Below, piece by piece: positions 9,060-16,868 of a stretch of 26,798 nt of DNA. The stretch comes from Acidobacteriota bacterium (lineage in GTDB: Bacteria > Acidobacteriota > Terriglobia > Terriglobales > Acidobacteriaceae): positions 1,289 through 28,086 of the forward strand of contig QIAK01000285.1 of NCBI GenBank assembly GCA_003225515.1, in the 5' to 3' direction. Both the position numbers and the translations under genes were made by a program. Each line of letters starts with the position of its first letter. Positions within the stretch are counted from its first letter, which is position 1. The notes beneath the pieces are model-generated. The model was not told the origin of the DNA. It saw nothing but the letters and a program-made list of their open reading frames with translations, and did not search any database.

Positions 9060-10079
9060 ATGATGCAATGCCGCATTCTTGATTTCGAGACGGTGGACTG
9101 GAATGCCCTCGATCAGTTTCCTGATCGCACGGTCTTCCAGACGCGCGAGTGGCTGCGCTTCATCAGTGAGACGCAAAAAGCCGTGCCCGTGATTGTGGAA
9201 TTGCAGGAGGATGGGCAACTCGCCGGATATTTCTCGGGATTGACCATAAAGAAATTTGGGGTCAAGGTGCTAGGCAGTTCGTTCCCTGGTTGGACCACTC
9301 CTTACGTCGGCTTCAATCTATTGCCGGGAGCATCCCGGTCGGCGGCCTTGGCAGCCGTGGAACAACTTGCGTGGGATGATTTGAAGTGTATTCACATGGA
9401 AGTCTCAGACCCGTATTTTGCAATGGAAGACGGCGAGAAACTCGGATTTACATGCGGCTCCTATACTTCCTATCGAACCGATTTGCGGAAGAGTGATGAC
9501 GAACTATTCAATGGCATGGATAGTGCCTGCCGCCGCTGTGTGCGCAAGGCTGAAAAAAGTGGAGTGACCATCGAAGAAGCGCATGACGCCGCGTTTGCCG
9601 ACGAATATCACGAACAGCTGAAAGATGTTTTTGCCAAGCAGCAACTGGTCCCCACCTACGATGTGGAGCGTGTGCGATCTCTGGTCAAGCATCTCGAACC
9701 TACCGGGCGGGTTCTGCTGCTTCGAGCGCGCGACCCGGAAGGGAAGTGCATTGCGACCGGAATCTTTCCCGGCTTCAATAAGATTGCCGAATTCTGGGGA
9801 AACGCGAGTCTTCGGTCGGGACAGATCTGGCGTCCCAATGAATACATTCAGTGGTACGTCATGCGCTACTGGAAGAAGCGCGGCGTGGAAGTCTACGACT
9901 GGGGTGGAGAGGGCACGTACAAGGAAAAATATGGCTGCGTGCCGCACCAGGTGCCCTGGTTTACGAAATCACGTCATCAGATCGTGGGCAAGCTGCGCGA
10001 CGAAGCCAAAAAGATGTTTCAGCGCAAGCAGCGCCTGCTGGGTTGGCTGAAGACCGAGAAGGAGCGCCCTGCCGGGTAA
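9060..10079 (+). CDS. GNAT/FemABX-like (Acetyltransf_6-type) transferase, copy 1
   Basis: VFQTREW N-terminal motif; CRRCVRKAEKSGVTIEE helix; C-terminal YDWGG...YKEKYG. 339 aa. Confidence 0.8.
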   Translation: MMQCRILDFETVDWNALDQFPDRTVFQTREWLRFISETQKAVPVIVELQEDGQLAGYFSGLTIKKFGVKVLGSSFPGWTTPYVGFNLLPGASRSAALAAVEQLAWDDLKCIHMEVSDPYFAMEDGEKLGFTCGSYTSYRTDLRKSDDELFNGMDSACRRCVRKAEKSGVTIEEAHDAAFADEYHEQLKDVFAKQQLVPTYDVERVRSLVKHLEPTGRVLLLRARDPEGKCIATGIFPGFNKIAEFWGNASLRSGQIWRPNEYIQWYVMRYWKKRGVEVYDWGGEGTYKEKYGCVPHQVPWFTKSRHQIVGKLRDEAKKMFQRKQRLLGWLKTEKERPAG

Positions 10080-10088
10080 ACTTTCAGC

Positions 10089-11069
10089 ATGAAGCCTCCC
10101 GTCTTTATCGTCGGGTGCCCTCGCTCCGGGACCAGTTTCCTCTATCATCTGCTGCTTTCGGCGGGCGGCTTCGCCGAGTTTCATACCCAGATGAATGTCT
10201 ACGATGTGCTGGAGCCGATTTACGGTGACCTGGGCACATTGAAGAACAAGAGAGCAGCCATCCGCGAATGGCTGCGCAGCAAGGCGTTCCGCGTGTCAGG
10301 ACTCGACTCGGTCGCCATTGAGGCGAAGATCATGGCGGAATGTCACGGAGCGAGTGACTTTCTCCGCATCATCATGGAAGAAATTGCGCTCCGGCAGGGA
10401 GTCGACCGCTGGATTGACTCCACCCCTACGAATATCCCTCATATGTTGCGAATTCGGGCCGACTTTCCGGACGCGCAATTCGTGCATATCATTCGCGACC
10501 CTCGTGATGTTGCCCTGTCACTCGATAAACGGGCTTGGAGCCGGCCTTTGCCATGGGACAAGACTAGGAGCCTATTGGCGGCAGGGCTTTATTGGGAGTG
10601 GATTGTACGCAGAGGTCGCCGGTTGGGCGCCTTGACAGCTCCGAATTACATGGAAGTGCGTTATGAAGATCTGGTGGAGAAACCGGGTGAAACACTCGCG
10701 CAAATAGGCAAATTTCTGCATCAGGATCTGGACTATGGCCGCATCCAGCAAGTCGGCATAGGTTCGGTCAAGAAGCCGCTCACCTCTTTCAATGAGGATC
10801 TGAAGGAAGGAAAGTTCACCCCGGTAGGAAGATGGAAGAGCAAGTTTCCTGCCGACCAGTTGATTCAGTTTGAGGCGCTGATAGGGAGCTATATGGGAGA
10901 GCTCGGATATTCCGTCTCGGCGGACGCCGAGACGCGCAACCATCCTCTGGGCAACAAGAGCATGCGCCTGATCTACGGGGCATATTACGAATGCAAGCAG
11001 TGGGCGAAAATTCACACGCCTCTGTCGCGGTTGATGGTGGATTATTCCGCGATTCTGATCGACAAGTAG
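10089..11069 (+). CDS. PAPS-dependent sulfotransferase (Sulfotransfer_3-like), copy 1
   Basis: 5'-PSB loop VFIVGCPRSGTS; 3'-PB motif HIIRDPRDVALS; VRYEDLV; GRWK. Confidence 0.92.
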   Translation: MKPPVFIVGCPRSGTSFLYHLLLSAGGFAEFHTQMNVYDVLEPIYGDLGTLKNKRAAIREWLRSKAFRVSGLDSVAIEAKIMAECHGASDFLRIIMEEIALRQGVDRWIDSTPTNIPHMLRIRADFPDAQFVHIIRDPRDVALSLDKRAWSRPLPWDKTRSLLAAGLYWEWIVRRGRRLGALTAPNYMEVRYEDLVEKPGETLAQIGKFLHQDLDYGRIQQVGIGSVKKPLTSFNEDLKEGKFTPVGRWKSKFPADQLIQFEALIGSYMGELGYSVSADAETRNHPLGNKSMRLIYGAYYECKQWAKIHTPLSRLMVDYSAILIDK

Positions 11070-11087
11070 GTGCACAGCCTGGCGGAA

Positions 11088-11762
11088 TTAACGATGACGG
11101 TAGACGTCCATGTGAGGCTTCCGGCTGAGGCGCTCGTATTGAGGACGCCAGCCAAAGGCTCTCTCCCTCATTGGAATGACGCCGGAAAACATGACGAGCA
11201 AGTCCCGAGGCGATCGCTGAAACGAATCTTCAATTCTCTGCACAATCTGATCCAAGACGCTGGGCGAGAAGGGGCTGAAGAAGTACAGCACTTGCGCCTC
11301 AGGCGCCAGGTTGTACTCCAGGGCATCTCCAGTGACGACCTCAATTTCTGTGCATACGGTGTGGGCTCGGCGATAACTCTGCAAATTGTTTCTGGCAATT
11401 TCCGCTAAGGTCGGAGCAAATTCCACGCCAATTATTCTGCGAAACGGGAATTCCGACGCGATCAGCAGTACCCGTCCTTTTCCGCAGCCGATATCAATGA
11501 ACGAATAGTCGTCGTACTGGACCGGTAGTTCCATCAGTGCGGATCGAGTGAGCGCGGGATGGTGCGATTGGTACTCCAGTCCCGCGGTTTTGTTCTTGCT
11601 GTCAAAATCCAGCCCGCTGAGGGGAATTTTGCCGCAGGTGTCCACCCCATGTATGAGATCCCACGCTTCGCAACGGGAGTGGTTAATCTCCCTGAGAACA
11701 GGCTTTGCCCAGGCTCTCGCTTTTACCCACGATTTTAAGCTTTCCCGAGCACTGATGATCAT
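11088..11762 (-). CDS. Class I SAM-dependent methyltransferase
   Basis: Motif I FIDIGCGKGR; IIGVEF; VTGDA; YFFSPF. AGGA upstream of the ATG. Confidence 0.85.
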   Translation of the reverse strand: MIISARESLKSWVKARAWAKPVLREINHSRCEAWDLIHGVDTCGKIPLSGLDFDSKNKTAGLEYQSHHPALTRSALMELPVQYDDYSFIDIGCGKGRVLLIASEFPFRRIIGVEFAPTLAEIARNNLQSYRRAHTVCTEIEVVTGDALEYNLAPEAQVLYFFSPFSPSVLDQIVQRIEDSFQRSPRDLLVMFSGVIPMRERAFGWRPQYERLSRKPHMDVYRHR

Positions 11763-11998
11763 CGGGGACCAATCCTACCACCGTAGTTCAAGCTATAAGC
11801 TTTTTTTTCAAAAAAGCGCATTTGGAGAGCAGCTTCGGGCGAAGAGTTGCATCTGAATAGGGCTTCTGGCGGCCATCTGGGTGCCCCGATGGAAACCGGT
11901 ATATGTAATTTTGCGGTCACACTGGAGTAATATCGGGGTGAAAACCTCGGGCGGGGTCTGCCGGAATGAAGTGCACTAGAGCAATGAGGAGAAGCTGC

Positions 11999-12856
11999 AT
12001 GATCCCATTTCGTAGGGTATTGCTTTCAGCATTTACGCTGCTTACAGCCATTTCGCCTTTGTTCGCGCAGCAGCTATACATTACGAATGAACCACTGATG
12101 ACCCTTGAGCGTCTCAATATTGGCACCGGGGCGCTGTCAACGTTGTACAACATCGGCGCGAAACCCGATGATCTGACGCTCAACTCCCTGGGGCAGCTTA
12201 TCTACACCGTTCCATCGACAGGAACGGTGTACCTGTACGATCCGGTCACGAGCACCAACTCCGTTCTTGCAAGCGGACTCCCGTATGCGCGCGACCTGGC
12301 CATTGAGCCTGGTGGGAACACGATGCTGATCGCGATCTACAGCCCCGGCAAGATCATGCGCTACGACTTCAAGACGAAAACCACGGTTGCGTTGGCGCAG
12401 AAGCTTGGTTCTTGTGATGGCATCACCTATGACGCGTACGGCAATCTGTATGCGGTTGCGAACCACAACACAATCGTCCAGATCGATCCTTCAACGGGAG
12501 CCGTGCTGAAGACCCTGACTCTGGAGGCGCATTACAAAACCAATGGCGCTGACGGCTTGACCTATGACAGCTTCACACGCAGTTTGTGGGCGACGCACGC
12601 TGGCACGACCGGCAAGGGTCTTATTCAAATACCGGTGACAGCTTCGGGTTTCACCACGGGTAATTTCAGTCTGTATCTTTTCACATCACAGCTCTCAGGG
12701 AGTGCACCGGACGGACTCAAGTCCGACGGCAAGGGCAACTTGTACGTCGGCGCAATCCACACGGTATTCGTCTACAACATTGCAAGTAATACGATCACCA
12801 AGAGCTTCGTAGTCGGCGGTGCGGATGGAGTTTCATTAGTGCCGGGAACCTACTGA
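11999..12856 (+). CDS. Secreted beta-propeller protein (SMP-30/NHL-like repeats), function unknown
   Basis: Start revised to ATG 11999 (GAGGAG at 11986-11991). Signal peptide MIPFRRVLLSAFTLLTAISPLFA/QQ. Blade repeats KPDDLTL, YARDLAI, SCDGITYD, GADGLTYD, APDGLKSD, GADGVSL. Confidence 0.8.
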   Translation: MIPFRRVLLSAFTLLTAISPLFAQQLYITNEPLMTLERLNIGTGALSTLYNIGAKPDDLTLNSLGQLIYTVPSTGTVYLYDPVTSTNSVLASGLPYARDLAIEPGGNTMLIAIYSPGKIMRYDFKTKTTVALAQKLGSCDGITYDAYGNLYAVANHNTIVQIDPSTGAVLKTLTLEAHYKTNGADGLTYDSFTRSLWATHAGTTGKGLIQIPVTASGFTTGNFSLYLFTSQLSGSAPDGLKSDGKGNLYVGAIHTVFVYNIASNTITKSFVVGGADGVSLVPGTY

Positions 12857-12909
12857 AACACTGAGATTTTTATCCTGCTGCCAAGTCCTGGCGTGATGCA
12901 GTCCGGCGA

Positions 12910-14439
12910 TCACGAGTTCTTCTTACGCCTGAAGCTCTTGGCCAATTGCACGAAGGCCGTAATTCGTTCACGGTGCAATACGAGTAAGGCGCCCGTATAG
13001 GCAATCACTCCCACTGCAACTTCGATTACCAGGCGCACTGCCATCGGCAAAGTTTGGGGCATCGTCCATTTCAACAACAGGACCAGCCCTGTCATGACGA
13101 GGGTTCCATCGATAGCAGGACGAAGAGCGCGGATGTACTCTCCTGTTTTCATCCCGATCGAACTAAAGGTCTTCCAGTAGAGGGGAATCGCAACGAGAGG
13201 ATAGGCCGCCACCCAGCCCATGGCCACGCCGGCCGTGCCCCAGTGGCTGCCGGCATAGAAGGCGCAGGGAAGAATGACGACGGCCAGCAGATCGCTCCAC
13301 ATTACAAAGCGTGGATTGCCGATTGCAGTCAAAACTTTAGGAAGAAGCGCCACCATCGAGCGGACCGCTGCGTAGATGGAAAGTATTTCCAAAGGCACGA
13401 CCGCGCTATCCCATTTGTGTCCCAGCGCCACCGGGATCAGTTCTCTTGCCACCAACCCCAGCCCAACTGTGGCTGGGAACGTAATCAGGGACATTGCCTC
13501 GGACAATGTCCGCACATAGCGGCGAAGTTCCGCGGGTTGTTTTTGCACCAGCGCCAGATAGCTGGGAATCACGGTGGTGACCAGCGATGTGATTTTTTCC
13601 AGCGGTACGTTCGCCAGAGTCCAGGCCATACCGTAAAAGCCAAGCGAGGTTTGGCCCAGGGTTCGGCCAACGGTGACGTTATCCAGCGTCTGGTAGGAAT
13701 TCATGGCTACGAGCGAAACCGCCACATGCCAGCCGAAGAGTAGAGGCTTGCGGATCTCCGAAATACGAGGCATGGCAAAGCGGTGCGGGCGAGTTGCGAC
13801 GATCAGAATAGCGCGCAGCGAAATGCCCACCAGATTACCCATCACGAGCGCCCAGTATCCGAAGCCAAAGTAGGCCATCGACAACGTGATGGCTGCCGCG
13901 ACGATCGCGTTCACCGCATCAAAAATAGAGAGCAGGCGGAAGCGGATCTCTTTGTTGAGCAGGCCCTCGGAAACCGCCCGGAATCCCCATGGCACCAGCG
14001 CGCTGCAGGCAACAATGATCACCATTACAAGGCGCGGAGTGCGGAAGAAGAGCGCTATGGGATGAGCCAGTGCGGAGGCAATGGCGAAGCATGTGATTCC
14101 AGCCAGCAGCGAGAACGTGTTCAGTTGGGCAACCTGATCTTCGGTAAGGTCAGGAAAATTTACGATGACGCGGAGAATGCCAAAATCTCCAACGCACCTG
14201 AGATATGGAACCAGGATCATCGCCATCGCAACCAAGCCAAAATCTGCGGGAGATAGCAGTCGGACAACGATCAGCAACGAAACCCAGGCGAATATCTGAC
14301 TGATCCAGTCGCCGATCGCTTTCCATGCCAGGCTGCCGACCAGGGAGCGGTCGCTCTTTTTGGGCGCGGAGGTCCCCGCAGGAGTGGTTTTGATGGGCGC
14401 GGGTTCCGGAGTCGTGGAGATGGTTTCGCGGGAGTCCAA
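12910..14439 (-). CDS. wzx: Wzx-type oligosaccharide flippase (MOP superfamily)
   Basis: Many hydrophobic helices; IVVRLLSPADFGLVAM and VGRTLGQTSLGFYGMA are typical Wzx segments. TTG start, exact start uncertain. Confidence 0.9.
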   Translation of the reverse strand: MDSRETISTTPEPAPIKTTPAGTSAPKKSDRSLVGSLAWKAIGDWISQIFAWVSLLIVVRLLSPADFGLVAMAMILVPYLRCVGDFGILRVIVNFPDLTEDQVAQLNTFSLLAGITCFAIASALAHPIALFFRTPRLVMVIIVACSALVPWGFRAVSEGLLNKEIRFRLLSIFDAVNAIVAAAITLSMAYFGFGYWALVMGNLVGISLRAILIVATRPHRFAMPRISEIRKPLLFGWHVAVSLVAMNSYQTLDNVTVGRTLGQTSLGFYGMAWTLANVPLEKITSLVTTVIPSYLALVQKQPAELRRYVRTLSEAMSLITFPATVGLGLVARELIPVALGHKWDSAVVPLEILSIYAAVRSMVALLPKVLTAIGNPRFVMWSDLLAVVILPCAFYAGSHWGTAGVAMGWVAAYPLVAIPLYWKTFSSIGMKTGEYIRALRPAIDGTLVMTGLVLLLKWTMPQTLPMAVRLVIEVAVGVIAYTGALLVLHRERITAFVQLAKSFRRKKNS

Positions 14440-14635
14440 GGCTCAATGTGGACAACTCAGCAAGGCCGCCCGAATCGTCAGACCTCATTGTCATGGAATA
14501 CAGCGAATCTGCCAAGACTAAGCTTGTAATTTCTGTGAGTTCAGGCCGGCGACGTTGGGGAGCGACGGTTGGAGCAGCGGGAGCGAATTCGAAGGATTTC
14601 CGTACCTTCGAGAAAGGGAGTGCTCGTGGAGCGAA

Positions 14636-14644
14636 TGCTATACT
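14636..14644 (+). promoter_or_regulatory. Candidate extended -10 promoter for the sulfotransferase-2 unit
   Basis: TG-c-TATACT, one mismatch to TGnTATAAT, about 60 nt before GTG 14707. Confidence 0.4.
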
Positions 14645-14706
14645 GCCTTCACCCTCCTGACCAGCGCAAGTAGGGCGCGCATTCCGGGAGCGACCTGCGA
14701 AAACCC

Positions 14707-15708
14707 GTGTCCACTGCACGAAGTCAAGCACCGGTATTCGTAATGGGCTGCCATCGTTCCGGCACCAATCTCCTCTACGACAACTTGATGTCCGCGGGCG
14801 GTTTCGCCATTTACCGCGGATATATGCCCGTCCACAAACTTCTGATTCCGCGCTTTGGGAACCTGGAGAGCCGCGCGAATCGCGAACAGGCTTTGAAAGT
14901 TTGGCTTCGCAGCAAAGGCTTCCGCCGGTCCGGGCTGGAATCGGCTCTGGTCAGTGAAAGAGTGCTGAACGAGTGTAAAAATGGTGGGGACTTCATCCGC
15001 ATCACCATGGACGAGATCGCACGCCAGCAAAAGGCGGCCCGCTGGGCGGTTTACGATCCTGATACCGTGCTGTACGTTCCAGCCATCAAAGCCGATATCC
15101 CGGACGCCTTATTCGTACACATTCTGCGGGATGGCAGAGACATTGCGCTTTCGCTGATGAAGATGGGCGGCTTTCGTCCATTCCCCTGGAACCGAAAGCA
15201 GCGCAGTTTGCTCGAGACCGCCATGTACTGGGACTGGACCGTGCGGCGTGGCCGAAATTATGGACGACAGCTTTCTTCCGATTACATTGAAATTCACTAT
15301 GAGGATTTAGTCTCCGATCCGCGCCGCACTCTGAGCAAACTGGGAGAGTTCATCGAGCATGAACTCGACTATGATCACATTCAGAAATCCGGGCTGGGTC
15401 GTATTCGAGAATCAAATTCATCCTTTCGTGAGGAGCCGAAGGAAGCCCAGGGAAATCCGGTGAACCGCTGGAAAGAGAAACTCACGGCGGAACAGATAGC
15501 CGGACTGGAAGCCGTGATTGGGGACGCGCTGCAGGAGTTCGGCTACGAGCTCACAACTACAGAGCGCGATCGCCATCCCAGTTTCAAAGACCGGTGGATG
15601 CGATCCTTTTATCCCATGCTGCTTGATACGAAGTTGTTCCTGAAGAACAAGACTCCATTGGGCCGCTTCTCTGATCTTTCCACGCTCGAATTGGACGCGA
15701 ACGACTAG
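14707..15708 (+). CDS. PAPS-dependent sulfotransferase (Sulfotransfer_3-like), copy 2
   Basis: VFVMGCHRSGTN; HILRDGRDIALS; IHYEDLV; NRWK. Colinear with copy 1. Confidence 0.92.
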   Translation: MSTARSQAPVFVMGCHRSGTNLLYDNLMSAGGFAIYRGYMPVHKLLIPRFGNLESRANREQALKVWLRSKGFRRSGLESALVSERVLNECKNGGDFIRITMDEIARQQKAARWAVYDPDTVLYVPAIKADIPDALFVHILRDGRDIALSLMKMGGFRPFPWNRKQRSLLETAMYWDWTVRRGRNYGRQLSSDYIEIHYEDLVSDPRRTLSKLGEFIEHELDYDHIQKSGLGRIRESNSSFREEPKEAQGNPVNRWKEKLTAEQIAGLEAVIGDALQEFGYELTTTERDRHPSFKDRWMRSFYPMLLDTKLFLKNKTPLGRFSDLSTLELDAND

Positions 15709-15760
15709 AACCTGGTCCGTGACGGTTGCGTTGCACGCCCAATCATCTCAAAGATTCATC

Positions 15761-15773
15761 TGCTATTCTGAAT
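15761..15773 (+). promoter_or_regulatory. Candidate extended -10 element, 12/13 identical to 7535-7547
   Basis: TGCTATTCTGAAT here versus TGTTATTCTGAAT at 7535-7547. Lies in the 123-nt gap before 15832. Confidence 0.3.
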
Positions 15774-15831
15774 CGAGCTCACTCATGGCTCTACCGGACA
15801 CACCGGTTTCGAGGGTTTCACGATCAACGGT

Positions 15832-16815
15832 ATGCGCGAGATCTACGTCGTAGGTGGGCAGGTACGGCAGAATGTTTTTCGCAAGCTGGAAGAGTGGCAA
15901 TCCTGCGACCTGGGCCGAATCATTCGACTGGCTTTGGAAGCTAAGAAATCGACCAGCTGTGTTGAGTACGTGTCCCCGGCTGAAGCCTGTCCGGACGGCA
16001 CCTCGGCAATTCTTTTCAAGTCCGCATACCTCGATGGAAATACTCTTTACGCGTGCACTTCGACCGAAGTATTGATTTACGAGCTCCCGGATTTTCGTCG
16101 GACCGGCTACATTTCACTACCCTGCTTTAATGACGTTCATCATGTGTGCCCGACGGGACGAGGCACGCTCGCAGTCGCCGTAACTGGACTTGATTTGGTC
16201 GTCGAAGTGACGATGGCCGGCGACCTCGTACGCGAGTGGAACGCACTGGGAGAAGATACGTGGGCGCGTTTTTCGCGAGAAATTGATTATCGCAAAGTAG
16301 CAACCACCAAACCTCATCGTTCGCATCCCAACCACGTATTCCAGCTTGAGGGGGAGCTTTGGGTAACTCGTCTTTACCAGAAGGATGCAATTTGCCTCAC
16401 CCGCGAGGCACGCATCGACATCGGCGTGGAAAAGCCGCATGATGGCTATCTGTTTCAGGACGCAGTGTATTTCACGACCGTGGATGGACGCGTGGTTGTG
16501 GTCGATCAAAAAAGCTTAAAGGTAAGAATCGCATTCGACTTGAATCAAATGCATCCTGAACCGAGACAAGTGTTGGGATGGTGTCGCGGTCTACTGCCCG
16601 TCGACGAGCGATTTATCTGGGTTGGCTTCACGCGAGTTCGTCCTACAAAATTCGTGGAAAATGTAACCTGGATTCGAAAGGGAAAATCGCAGCGCAAAGC
16701 ATCCCATCTCGGTCTCTACGATCTTAAACGCGGCGAATGTGTCGACGAAATCGCCCTGGAACCGCATGGCATCGGCGTTGTCTTTAGCCTGCTGCCGGCA
16801 TCTGGCAAATCGTGA
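15832..16815 (+). CDS. Uncharacterised cytoplasmic beta-propeller with aryl-sulfate sulfotransferase/TIGR03032-like His motifs
   Basis: 327 aa, repeated short beta-strands, no signal peptide. Motifs NDVHHV, SHPNHV...LWVTR, KPHDG, GWCRGL. Flanked by a sulfotransferase and a deacetylase on the same strand. CDS is solid; function is inference. Confidence 0.7.
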   Translation: MREIYVVGGQVRQNVFRKLEEWQSCDLGRIIRLALEAKKSTSCVEYVSPAEACPDGTSAILFKSAYLDGNTLYACTSTEVLIYELPDFRRTGYISLPCFNDVHHVCPTGRGTLAVAVTGLDLVVEVTMAGDLVREWNALGEDTWARFSREIDYRKVATTKPHRSHPNHVFQLEGELWVTRLYQKDAICLTREARIDIGVEKPHDGYLFQDAVYFTTVDGRVVVVDQKSLKVRIAFDLNQMHPEPRQVLGWCRGLLPVDERFIWVGFTRVRPTKFVENVTWIRKGKSQRKASHLGLYDLKRGECVDEIALEPHGIGVVFSLLPASGKS

Positions 16816-16868
16816 ACCCCATGAGCGAAATCTCTAAGGTTGACTTTCTGGCGGGGCGGTATTGATCC

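Noticed and set aside
11872-11887. Sigma54-like GGCAC-N-GC on the minus strand
   Set aside because: Spacing fits, but it lacks the TTGC element and the leading T; too weak to call.
11966-11998. ORF-track start at 11966
   Set aside because: ATG 11999 has a GAGGAG RBS and begins a clean signal peptide.
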